DNA of 63,213 nucleotides, counting the filler, from Octopus bimaculoides (lineage: Eukaryota), in assembly GCF_001194135.2 (NCBI RefSeq). It is 6 parts of 6 records of this genome, joined end to end, with 100 filler letters (N's around TTAATTAATTAA, not from the genome) between each part and the next. Parts side by side here need not be neighbours in the genome. Positions count along the whole stretch, not along the records: positions 35,282 to 40,020 come from NC_069004.1; positions 40,121 to 56,311 come from NC_068986.1; 4 more parts are not named here. One strand, 5' to 3'. A model generated the notes under the pieces. It saw nothing but the letters and a program-made list of their open reading frames with translations, was not told where the DNA came from and did no database searches. The position numbers were made by a program, and so were the translations under genes. The stretch's first letter is position 1; the number at the start of each line of letters is the position of its first letter. Positions 36,876 to 49,304 of the stretch are shown here, in pieces.

Positions 36876-37650
36876 GAGCACCACAGCAAACCACAGCACA
36901 TACCCAAGGCGCACAGAGCTGTGCTCGGTAGTGAAGTGAAAGCACGTTATAAAAATAAAACTACTGAACAATAATAATTATAATAGTAATAATAATAATA
37001 ATAATAATCCTTTTTGCTATGTCATCGACCCCAGTGTTCAACAGATACTTATTTCATTAACCGCGAAAATTCGAAAGACTAAGTCGGCCTCGGCGGAATT
37101 TGAACTCAGAACGCGATCCGGTGTGCTGACAGCTCTAGCTACTCACCACCTTCCCGCTATTGTTGAAAGCCCAGTAAAGTGTCATTTCGCATTGTCCATT
37201 TTTTCATTTTTTCTGTTTCTTCGTTTGAATAAGCGATTAACAAAACCGTCACAGTAGTACTTAGTCTGAATATGTCGTAGATATTAGCAGACGAAGGGAG
37301 AAAGCGTAATCAATGGAGTCGACTGGTTTAGAATTGCTTGACAACCATCATAGCAACCAGACATGTTGCTCCCGTTATCGCAGTCTTGATCACGACTGGC
37401 ACGGAATAGAATGTTATTTATATTAGTATTATCATTATTATTAAATCTTTTTATTTCTTTTTCTTTTTGTAGATTATCGATTTAGTCGTAAGCCTGGCTG
37501 TTTGGTAAGAAGTTTGCATCCAACCATATAGTATCGGGTTCAGTCCCACTGTTTTGCAGCTTCGACAAGTGTCTTGTACTGTAGCCTCGAGCCGACCAAA
37601 GCCTTGTGAGTGGATTTGGTCGACTGAAACTGAAAGGAACCCGTCGGATA

Positions 37651-37718
<68 letters not shown>

Positions 37719-37736
37719 CATATATATACATATGTC

Positions 37737-37773
<37 letters not shown>

Positions 37774-38791
37774 ATATTCTTTTACTTATTTCAGTCATTT
37801 GACTGCTGCCATGCTGAAGCACCGCCTTTAGTCGAACAAATCTATCCGTGGACTTTATTCTTTGTGAGCCTCGGTTCCTTTTCCCGAACCGCTACGTTAC
37901 GAGCACGTAAACACACGAACATCGGTTGTCATGCGACGGTGGGGGGACAAACACATGCGTGTATGTACTCACACACACACAAATTTGTATGTATGTTTGT
38001 GGCTGTGTTTGTTCCCCTACCGGTGTTAGTTTGTTTGAGTCCCCTCCCCCGAAACTTAGCGGTTTGGCTAAAGAGACTGATAGAATAAATACCAGACCTT
38101 AACTATAAGTACAGCGATAGATTTGTTCGACTAAAACCCATCAATGTGGTGCCTCAACATGGTCGCAGTCCAATGACTGAAACAACATCACCGTTTCTGT
38201 TTTTTTGTTTTGTTGTTGTTTCGATTATAGATAATAGTTTGTAAAATAACGAAGCCTTTCTTTTATTTATTTCATATTGTCAAGATAAACATACGGTGAT
38301 ATCACCACAGGTTGCTCTAGATATGATAAAACAAGAATTGCGCTCATAATTATCCTATAATATTTTGCATACTCACGTCGCTAGAAATAGCCTGTCAAAC
38401 TTGATCGCTTTTACACAATTAATGCACTTATTTTCGTTGTCAGCTAATAAACAATGAGCTAACGTACGTTCCTTTATAATATGATAAGCCTTAACATTGT
38501 TCAAAGAAGCGGTCATACTGTTATCTACGTCTATTCTAAAATTTCCAAGATGCTTCCAGTGTTTTTTTATTTTTTATTTTCGCTAGTAACGTGTTTTTTT
38601 TGCTCCTAAAAAGTTAGACTTCGTTCTCCAAGAAAGAGTTTAATATCAAGTGTTTGTTTTAAGATTTTCTTTGAAAAATTTTGTCCCGTTTTCATTACGT
38701 TGAACCCAAAGGCCATCAACAGACGATTTATGCGATCATCGGTAAATCGTTAATCGTAAAGTTTCGTCAGTTGATAAAACAAAACTCACAG

Positions 38792-38837
<46 letters not shown>

Positions 38838-38937
38838 NNNNNNNNNNNNNNNNNNNNNNNNNNNNNNNNNNNNNNNNNNNNNNNNNNNNNNNNNNNNNNN
38901 NNNNNNNNNNNNNNNNNNNNNNNNNNNNNNNNNNNNN

Positions 38938-38975
<38 letters not shown>

Positions 38976-40120
38976 TATATTAGAGGAAAAATCAAAACCA
39001 AAGCAGAACGAGTATCTCAATTCATTTAGAATAATTTAAATAGGATAAGAGGAATATGAAGTCTTACAGCTGTTTCTGGGTTAACCCAAGTGGTTGGTTA
39101 GCATGTCTATGTACTGGGTATTCCATCGTCAGAGACAAGGTATGGATATTTTTGACAGGAAAAATTTACAATTTACACGACATCATGGCCCTATATACAT
39201 ATATATTTTCAAAAAATCACTTTCTCTATCACTCTCCACTCCAGTCAGTCATTTCTCAGCTCTGTAAGGACACATGTATTTTTCTCGAATCATTCTTTTT
39301 CTCTTTCCTCTTTCTGACGAAGAACCATGCCCGAAACGTACAATCCCTTCTTTCTCCCCCATATTAAATTTTGTCTGAGCGCCAATCTAATATATTCGCT
39401 CTGTACGTCCCATTCACTATTTTCCTTTATCTTGTTTTTAATTTGATTTGTATACATGCATGTATATACATACACTTGTATGCGTGTATATGTATTCGCG
39501 TACTTACATACGACATCATACACTCGTACAAACACATACGCATGCGTGCATACACGGACTTATATATGCATATAGCTGAACGTAAACGATATTATTATCA
39601 GAGAAGTGCTACAAGTACAGGCATTCCTCTCCACAGTGCGTTTCATATGTCTATAGATAAAATATCCAAACGCGAGCGCGCACACACACACATACACGTA
39701 CAATTTTCTATATTTGTGTGTGTGAGTGCAAGTCATAACCAAGCGAATAATCATGTGTATAAAGCTCCCACTCTCTCTATTTTTCTTCCTCTACCTTTTT
39801 ATCTATGTATCACTCTTCCTTTTGCTATGTATGCATGTGTGCATGAATGTATGTATGTATGTGTGTGTATGTATGTATGTATGTATGTATGTGTGTATGT
39901 ATGTGTGTGTATATATATATATATATGTAGATATATATATATATGTGTGCATACAAATGGATATATGCATGTAGTGTGTGTGCGCGCATATATATTTGTA
40001 TATATATATATATATATATANNNNNNNNNNNNNNNNNNNNNNNNNNNNNNNNNNNNNNNNNNNNTTAATTAATTAANNNNNNNNNNNNNNNNNNNNNNNN
40101 NNNNNNNNNNNNNNNNNNNN

Positions 40121-40430
40121 GGAACCTTGGTGGACCCCTACCTCTACCCGGAATTCATTGCTGTACTCATTTCCAACCCTCACCTTACTGGCAGCATCTC
40201 TGTACATGGCTCGCACAGCTCTCACTAACCATTCTTCTATCCCAAGTTTCCTCATTGACCACCAGATAAGGGATCGGGGGACCCTGTCAAAGGCTTTCTC
40301 CATGTCAACGAAAGCCAGGTACAGAGGTTTATCCTTAGCTAGGTATTTCTCCTGCAGCTGTCTCACTAGAAATAAGGCATCAGTAGTGCTTTTACCTGGC
40401 ACGAACCCAAACTGCATCTCATCTAAATTG
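40121..40430 (-). mobile_element. RTE LINE reverse-transcriptase fragment (uninterrupted, probably young)
   Basis: QFGFVPGKSTTDALFLVRQLQEKY...LAFVDMEKAFDRVPR...VGVHQGS. Confidence 0.92.
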
Positions 40431-42225
40431 ATTCGCTATAATTAGTTTAATTTTGACTGGTAAATACCCCGAAACATTTTTCTTGAGTATATGGAAAAAA
40501 TGTTTTAGAACTACAAAGTATAGTTACTCAGGTTGTAAATGCACATCAATATATCCCAACATACTTGCTACTGTAGCAAGTATGTTGGGACAAATTGAAT
40601 GTAAGCATTTACAAAGCTTCAATGCTAATCAGAGCATTCATTTAACCATTCAACACAACTCAATAGTTTCATGTTCTACCTTCTAGACTTTGTCACAGAC
40701 ACCTCTGTAATGCACATTCTTAGTGCACTCAATTATATTCTGTCTTAACACTATGTGCCGTAGCCACTGTTTCCTAATCTTCTCATTTAGTGACAAACAG
40801 TGTATGTGTATGATTTTCAAGTGTAAACTTTTCTTTGCACCCCCATTGTTTCCCTGTTCGACACTTTGTGAAGTAAGAGTAACTTGTAGCTTGAGGCAAG
40901 TTACTGTTGCTTTGAGACTGACTTTTGTCATCCATAAGTAAATGCAGCATTGTAGATTGATGAAATGAATTCAGGCTTAAAACAAATCAGCATAAATACA
41001 AACAATTCAAAAGAGACAACTGCTAAGTTTTATCTAAACATCTACTATTTTAATTTGCTCAAGGATTATTTTGATTTGTTCTTGGGTTATTTATTTTTTT
41101 TTTTTTTGCTTTTAGTTTATTTTAATTTGCTTTTAAATAATTTTAATTATTAGCTGAAAAAGTGCTGTGTTTGGTATTTGTAGAGAAGTACCTTACTGGT
41201 GTGTGTGTGCGCAGAGAAGTATTTATATAGGTATACCTAACTGATACATGTATGTGATGTTTATATAGATGTGCCTCTGGAGTGTGTTTTACACTTTACT
41301 GATGTATGTGGTATTTATATGTAGATATATCTTATGTGTGCATGTAATTTATATGTAAATGTCACTCACTAGTGTGTGTGTGTATGTGTGGTGTTGATGT
41401 TAAATGCCGGAGGAATAGTCTTCTGAATGTGACACTAGTATATCATAGTTACGTCTAGATGATGTACTACTCCTAACAGTTAATTTTGCACTGGGCTCAT
41501 GTTTAGCTGGCCTGGTACATAGTCCTAACAGGTGAACTAAGACAATAGAAAAAGTTTTCTGTGAAAGACATTGAAGCAACTACAATAGTTAGTTAAAGTC
41601 TAATATTTATCTACTTGGTGTTTTGGTTTATACTGTTAACTTGCATGAATGTTGTTGTTTAATCCTGGTCAGACCTAATTCAGCAAAACTATGAACAAAG
41701 GTATTTTAGCTATGATCATCTCATCTTTTATTGAGAAATGATGTATCTAGGAATTGATAATTGAAAGTGCTTTTTTTTTTTCCTTTTTTCAAGCATTGTG
41801 TAATTTGAGGAAGATTTGGCTATTATTTCTAGCAGGTATTGACCATATAGAGAGACTCCCATAACTTGATTTTCATGTAGATGTATACTGTATTATTATT
41901 TAGTTCTTGATCAACCCTGATTGAGAATATGTATGGTCAAACATGTTCTAGTTTTGACTATGCCATCTTACTCTCATGCATCGTATATCTATGTCTACAT
42001 TGTTCAGTGTGTTCCTCTCTTTTTACGATGATAGGTATAATTTGAAGATTTGGCTGTTATGCCTTGCAGAGCAAATAGCCCTGTATTTTTGTATTACAGT
42101 ATTATTTATATATTGTTTAGGTCACCTGACTACAAAGCTTGTCTATTTTTATATGCAAGTGAGCATGCAAGACAAATACCAGTCCTCTGGTCTTACTAAT
42201 ATCTATTCTGTCTTTTATTTTGTAG

Positions 42226-42284
42226 GGAGAAAAGATGGGTGACAATTGGTGACACAACAATGAAGCTTTACAAATGGGTACCAG
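42226..42284 (+). CDS. BCL7: BCL7-family gene, second coding exon ((W)EKRWVTIGDTTMKLYKWVP)
   Basis: TTTTGTAG|G...CCAG|GTTTGT; 59 nt, phase 2 to 1. Matches the conserved BCL7 N-terminal motif [20 protein letters not shown]. Confidence 0.93.
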
Positions 42285-43384
42285 GTTTGTGTTGATCTCT
42301 TGTTTTTTAGCATTTCTTTATAAACCTTTTTTCTCTTGGTTTCTTTCTCTCATGTTCATATTTCTTAGAGTTTGATTCATCACTACCACTGCCATTATGA
42401 ACTGTGTACTGCTTCCAGTTGCCATAATCAATGTTTTGTTATTTCTACATTATCATTGTCAGTGTCTTTATCATTTTCACAATCATTATCACCATGTACG
42501 AACTATGTACTAATATATTGTTTCTAGTTGCCATCATCAGTGGTGGTTCTATCCATTTATTCAATATCATCATTAATGTTGGCTTTACTATCATAAGGTT
42601 ATGGATTCAATTCCTGGACCAGTAGCACATTGTGTCTTTGAGCAAGCTACTTTATTTTACATTGCTCCCGCCTTTTCAGCTGAAATTGAGTTCCAGCCAA
42701 GTGCTACTACAGCTATTTCTCCTTTCAGTTGTCACCTCCTTCATGTTCCATTGGCTCAAGCACGGAAGGGTGAAGAGGGTATCTGTGTCTGCTCACAACT
42801 GTTATTATAACACATTCAGTGTACTAGCATTACTGATTTGTGGAGTTTTGTCAGACAGCTGTTGTTGTGAGTGGGACTGGTCCATCTAGAAGAGTACCCT
42901 GCTGCCTTCCTTTGCTCAAGAAGTGCAGTTTTCCTGTTTAGTGCATTAGTCTTCCTAGTGGAAACAGTGAAAGTAGTGTGATGGACAAGACTGAAAGGAC
43001 TGAAAACAGATAGGTCACCCTCATTAAACCTTTCAAGTTTCACTTGGAAAGGAAGATGAGGGTAGAGAGGGAGTTAATGTCCTAAATGGTGTTTATGGTA
43101 CTTGTGAACCAGCCTTCTTTGAACATGTGCCTGTAAACTGAGAAACAAAATAAGAGGACATTTGCCCTTAACAGTCAGGTTCATTGAGGTTTTGGGGGAT
43201 TTCTTTGATTGGACCTAAGTAGCTGTGTCCTTCTTTGTATGAAAATTTTCTTGTTTTTATTTTTTATTATCATGTTTTGTATTTTGTCCTTTATACTATT
43301 TTTGTCTTTGAGCAATAATGTCTAACCATCACCATCATCATCATTCCTTACATTTTTGTTTACTTTCTATTGTTCTGTTTCCAG

Positions 43385-43407
43385 TGTCAAACCAAGAGCC
43401 TTCCCAG
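43385..43407 (+). CDS. BCL7: BCL7 candidate 23-nt microexon ((V)SNQEPSQ)
   Basis: TTCTGTTTCCAG|TG...CCCAG|GTAAAT. Phase 1 to 0, exactly bridging the flanking exons. Confidence 0.7.
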
Positions 43408-43489
43408 GTAAATGAGGCTTTCTACACAGTTAACAGAAGGCATACTGTAAGTGTTACTACTTTTCTGGTTTTTCACTTCATGTTTCATA

Positions 43490-43717
43490 GACATTTTAGC
43501 TTTTAAGCCGGCCATATCCAGCCAAAATATTCCACATGTTTTATCTTCAAGCTGGTCAAATTCGACCTTTCACACCTACCCTATAGTGTCACTTTAAAAA
43601 TAAGCAAGTACATCATCGAAATCTCAAAGCTGTGAAATAATGCATGATTAATTTTAAATGATGTGAATACATATAAGCATTACATTAGACAGAGTAATCT
43701 GAATGCCAAAGGATTAA
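43490..43717. mobile_element. Degenerate piggyBac-like MITE
   Basis: Ends CTGAATGCCAAAGGA|TTAA; the left end is eroded. Confidence 0.45.
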
Positions 43718-44144
43718 TAGTAGAGGTGATATTAGTGGCAACAGTTGTAGTAATAGAAAATCATCACCATTTTATATGAATTTTATTTCTTTTAGCAATT
43801 TCAACAAAGATGAATCCTAATCCAGCTAACCTCTGATCAAAAACATTCCACCACAACCATCCTAACATTTATTTAAACATAGCATGTCTAGAATTACATT
43901 TTCCAATATGTGCTGCCTTTTATTAAGACAATAGAATGTGACTTGAGTGACATTTGACTGCTATTTCTTGCAGGATGAACAATCACATAGAGACTGGGTT
44001 GAAGGAAATTGCAAATGACTTACAAATGTGTTCTAATTATTCACCCATTTTGTTGAAGGCGTTTTGGGAGTGATGGTGGGGGGGGGTCTTCAATCAAGGG
44101 AGATAACTTTAATGGATTTCTTGAAAATTCATTAAACATGACTA

Positions 44145-45195
44145 TCATCATCATCATCATCATCATCGTTTAACGTCCGCTTTCCATGCTAGCATGGGTT
44201 GGACGATTTGACTGAGGACTGGTGAAACCGGATGACAACACCAGGCTCCAATCTAATTTGGCAGAGTTTCTACAGATGGATGCCCTTCCTAACGCCAACC
44301 ACTCAGAGAGTGTAGTGGGTGCTTTTACGTGTCACCCGCACGAAAACGGCCACGCTCGAAATGGTGTCTNNNNNNNNNNNNNNNNNNNNNNNNNNNNNNN
44401 NNNNNNNNNNNNNNNNNNNNNNNNNNNNNNNNNNNNNNNNNNNNNNNNNNNNNNNNNNNNNNNNNNNNNNNNNNNNNNNNNNNNNNNNNNNNNNNNNNNN
44501 NNNNNNNNNNNNNNNNNNNNNNNNNNNNNNNNNNNNNNNNNNNNNNNNNNNNNNNNNNNNNNNNNNNNNNNNNNNNNNNNNNNNNNNNNNNNNNNNNNNN
44601 NNNNNNNNNNNNNNNNNNNNNNNNNNNNNNNNNNNNNNNNNNNNNNNNNNNNNNNNNNNNNNNNNNNNNNNNNNNNNNNNNNNNNNNNNNNNNNNNNNNN
44701 NNNNNNNNNNNNNNNNNNNNNNNNNNNNNNNNNNNNNNNNNNNNNNNNNNNNNNNNNNNNNNNNNNNNNNNNNNNNNNNNNNNNNNNNNNNNNNNNNNNN
44801 NNNNNNNNNNNNNNNNNNNNNNNNNNNNNNNNNNNNNNNNNNNNNNNNNNNNNNNNNNNNNNNNNNNNNNNNNNNNNNNNNNNNNNNNNNNNNNNNNNNN
44901 NNNNNNNNNNCAGTTACAGCCCATGTTTCACTGCCATGTAGCATGGCTGTTCGTACGCATGCGTCATACAGTCTGCCTTTTACTCTGAGTGAGAGTCCTT
45001 TTGTCGCCAGCAGGGGTAAGAGCTCTCTAAACTTTGCCCAGGCTATTCTTATTCTAGCAGCTACACTTTCAGCGCACCCACCCCCACTACTAACTTGGTC
45101 GCCCAGATAGCGGAAGCTATTGACTACCTCTAGTTTTTCACCCTGGAATGAGATAGAAGTTGTTTCCTGTTTGTTTACAGTCTTTATTGCACCTG
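44145..45195 (-). mobile_element. 5'-truncated RTE LINE in a BCL7 intron (gap inside)
   Basis: GEKLEVVNSFRYLGD...RIRIAWAKFRELLPLL...YDACVRTAMLHGSETWAVT, with the shared 3' tail and (GAT)n at 44145. Confidence 0.92.
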
Positions 45196-46326
45196 AACAT
45201 CTGCCACAAATTGTTAAATTTATGATTTCCAGTATTGGCACCAGGCAGCCAATTTTATATTGCCAGTACTTGGTTAATGATATTTTATCAACCCTGACGG
45301 ACAATGTGTTGATTGTAATGCTACTTACTTTTATGAATAAAATTTCTGCATTGTTGAAATATATTGTGATGAATTTTATGTTTCAAAACGTTGCTTACTT
45401 TTTACTCAACCTGTTACATCATCATTTATCTGTTTTCCATGCTGGTATGGGTTGAATGGTTTCTCAGGATCCAGCAAGCTGCAGAGCTGCATCATGCTGC
45501 AATGTCAGCTTTGGCATAGCTGGACATCCTTCCTAATGCCAACGACTTGATAGTGTGTGTGTGTGTGGAGGGCCATAGTAAGTGGAACATGTTGATAGAT
45601 ATGAAAGGGCATTGAAAATAATTGCAGGTAAGAGATATATTAAGAATGATGTATAGTGGAGGGTACAGAGTTGTAGTTGAAGGCACAGCAAGGAAGTGGT
45701 TGGCAGAAATAGTATGGGTAGGGATGATGATGAGGAATGGAAGTGGTTCCCTGCGGTGATGGGGGAGGGGAAGGGATGTAATATGTACAAATTTTGATCT
45801 CAGGTAATTACAGCAGCTAAGTAGGGCACACAGAGAGTAGAGTCCCCACACGTACAAGTATATCATGTAGTTTTAGGATATCATTTATGCTGTGTTGGAT
45901 GGGTTTTCCTGAGCACAGCAAATGACTAATTATCTTGATCTTCTGTCATCTCCTCCATAAGGCTCAGCATCTTAAGCCTTATATATTGTGACGTATGTGT
46001 AGAATTTACAATCTCAGTAAAATTAGATATTTAGTTAAATAAGTTTTTACTTTGTAATTACTTGTTTTTCCATACCAGATAGTTATGTGAATGAGCAGTA
46101 TCATCTGTCTTGACTAAAAATGGTTAATACTTTTCATTTGCATAATTTTTTAATTTTTTTTTATTCTACTTGGGGAATGAAGAAACAGAGTGTAAAACTG
46201 TTTTTTATCCTCCTTGAGTTTAAATACTGTCAAAGAAAGGCCTGCAAGGAAGTAAAGTTTCTGGCGTGATACTTGTAACAATAATTTTATTTCTAATTAA
46301 TTTCATCTTTTATTTTCTCTCTCTAG

Positions 46327-46438
46327 AGAAATGGTGCTGCTCACCACATCATCTACAAAAGAAAAGGACCCTCAAAACGTCACGAAAAAGAGCCCGAAAA
46401 ACCTGTTGAACCTCAGAATTTAGATGCAAACAGTCAAA
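46327..46438 (+). CDS. BCL7: BCL7 exon (RNGAAHHIIYKRKGPSKRHEKEPEKPVEPQNLDANSQ)
   Basis: TTTTCTCTCTCTAG| ... A|GTATGT; 112 nt, phase 0 to 1. Basic, NLS-like stretch as in other BCL7 proteins. Confidence 0.78.
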
Positions 46439-46834
46439 GTATGTACTTTTCATTGGTTTCATTTAACTGAGCTACACTTTAGTTACACCATTTGTGTTAA
46501 ATATGTATATATAGTAATTCTTCATTTGCTACTAATACTTAATTATTGATTAATTAGTTTCATCTAATTAATGTTGGCTCTAGTAATTGCATTTCTTGTC
46601 TTTTACAAATCAATAATCTATTTCTATTTTATTTATTTTTTGTATATTTAAAAAAAAGTGCTCCAAACTACAGTTCAATCTTTGATCATAATTCCTTGTT
46701 CTATTCCTAAATATATGCATGGTAAACATTTGTTTTTATATATTATATTTTCTGTTTTTTTCTTTAGCTTTTAATTCTTTCAAATTTATGTTTTCTTTTT
46801 CTTCTGTTATTTCCTGCTGACATTGTACCTGTAG

Positions 46835-47095
46835 CAGCTTCATCAGTGACAGCCAAATCTCCACCACTAGATGGCACTGAATCTGCTACTAATGCCACCC
46901 AGGAAGGGCAGAATGCACAGCCAGCACCTGCTCCTGTTGCTAATGTAACCAATGCCTCCTCCACCTCCACTGAGACCAAGACCAATGGCCAACATCACCC
47001 ATCTCCTGCAGCCGACTCTGCTGATGTTACTTCTAACTGTTCCTCTCTGGTGCCTGGCAATGTACCGCCTCTTGAGGACAGCCTCTCTGCTAATG
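46835..47095 (+). CDS. BCL7: BCL7 candidate exon, S/T/A/P/N-rich low-complexity (87 codons)
   Basis: TAG/CAG tandem acceptor (46835 or 46838); open frame SSVTAKSPPLDG...EDSLSAN; donor G|GTAGTA. 261 nt, phase 1 to 1. Confidence 0.65.
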
Positions 47096-47581
47096 GTAGT
47101 ACAACAATTAGTCTTGGTTAATTATTCATTGTCTCTTTCCTTTCCCTCTTTCTTTGTCTCNNNNNNNNNNNNNNNNNNNNNNNNNNNNNNNNNNNNNNNN
47201 NNNNNNNNNNNNNNNNNNNNNNNNNNNNNNNNNNNNNNNNNNNNNNNNNNNNNNNNNNNNNNNNNNNNNNNNNNNNNNNNNNNNNNNNNNNNNNNNNNNN
47301 NNNNNNNNNNNNNNNNNNNNNNNNNNNNNNNNNNNNNNNNNNNNNNNNNNNNNNNNNNNNNNNNNNNNNNNNNNNNNNNNNNNNNNNNNNNNNNNNNNNN
47401 NNNNNNNNNNNNNNNNNNNNNNNNNNNNNNNNNNNNNNNNNNNNNNNNNNNNNNNNNNNNNNNNNNNNNNNNNNNNNNNNNNNNNNNNNNNNNNNNNNNN
47501 NNNNNNNNNNNNNNNNNNNNNNNNNNNNNNNNNNNNNNNNNNNNNNNNNNNNNNNNNNNNNNNNNNNNNNNNNNNNNNNNN

Positions 47582-47877
47582 TTCGAGCGAGATCGTTGCC
47601 AGTGCCCCTGGACTGGCTCTTGTGCGGGTGGCACATAAAAGACACCATTTCGAGTGTGGCCGTTGCCAGTACCACCTGACTGGCCTTCGTGCGGGTGACA
47701 CGTAAAAGCACCCACTACACTCTCTGAGTGGTTGGCGTTAGGAAGGGCATCCAGCTGTAGAAACTCTGCCAAATTAGATTGGAGCCTGGTGTTGCCATCT
47801 GGTTTCACCAGTCCTCAGTCAAATCGTCCAATCCATGCTAGCATGGAAAGCGGACGTTAAACGATGATGATGATGAT
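47582..47877 (+). mobile_element. RTE 3' tail copy
   Basis: Near-identical (reverse complement) to 44165-44369 and 56125-56311; ends in (GAT)n. Confidence 0.85.
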
Positions 47878-48747
47878 ATTTATCAGTCATTGAATCAGTG
47901 AATTGGTAGACATTGTTGAGTGCCTGACTCAGATGTCTTTACTTTTTTTCCCCTTTTACACATACCACACATACATATAGGCATATACAAACACACACAC
48001 ATCTGATTCTTCACATCAGTATCTGTTAACCCTTACATTGAAGACATCATCAATTGATGTACATTTGTACAATGTGGGAATCTCAAATTAATTTATGTAC
48101 ACACCAGATGCAAAGGAAAATGAATAGTTTACAAAATTTCTCAATATTGAGATTGTAAATTTTATTGTGTGAGGGACTAATAATTATAGTTTTTGTACTA
48201 TAATTATAATAGTTTTTGTACTATATTATGATAGGTTTTGTACTATAAGTGAAAATGATTATTATAAAAATATTTATTATAAAAATAATTGTTATAAAAA
48301 TTACCTTTTAAGGAAAAGAGATAATTTTTGTTTGTTTTTTTGTCCATTTGGCACACATGTTCATGCAACTCTTTCCTGCTGTTTAAGGTGAAGCAAGATA
48401 AGCAACTACATTGTGTGCATGTGTGTGTGTGGTTTAATCCATACTCCACCATGATTTGTAACCTGTACCTAGGTACATATTACATGTCAATGGTGCCTGT
48501 AAACTTCCTATACGAAGTACCACTTACATTCCTACAGCTGTGTATGAAGTACATTGTTTTCACACACACATTTCATTAAAGCATCAGACACAGTGCTTTA
48601 CAGTATTTGTTGACTCAGTGCACATTTTGAGTTCTAATCCTGCCAAGGTTAACTTTGCTTTTCCTCCTTTGGAGGTCAATCAGAAATTTTAAAAAGTACC
48701 AATCCATGGCTGTCAGTGGGCAGGCTAGAGGCCTTGTATTATTTGTT

Positions 48748-48783
<36 letters not shown>

Positions 48784-49236
48784 TGTGTGTTCTGAGTTCA
48801 AATTCTGCCATGGCTTACTTAGGTGGTAGATTTTTTCCATCACCCAGATTAATGTTATCACTTGATACCTTGGATACCTTCCTTCCTCTTCTCACCTTCT
48901 CAGAGGCAGGTTATAAGCACTACCTTACCTCCTGACTTTAAAAAAAAAATTAATGAAATAAATGACACTTAGTGTAGTATATAATGCTGTCATTTAAAAC
49001 TTGAAATGTGGATATATAACTACTTGTTTCTTTGTATACACACCATTGCAGTTGTGTATATTACTACCACTGCAGTTTGTTTCTCTTTCATATGTGTGCA
49101 TATACTTTAAATATTATACCTTTTATAAATACCAATTTGAGAGTGAAAAAGAATATCAAACTCAATGGTAGAATGGAACCATACATCTCTCACATGCTAA
49201 TGAATGTGCTATAATCTCAGATTGGACTTTACTATT

Positions 49237-49304
<68 letters not shown>

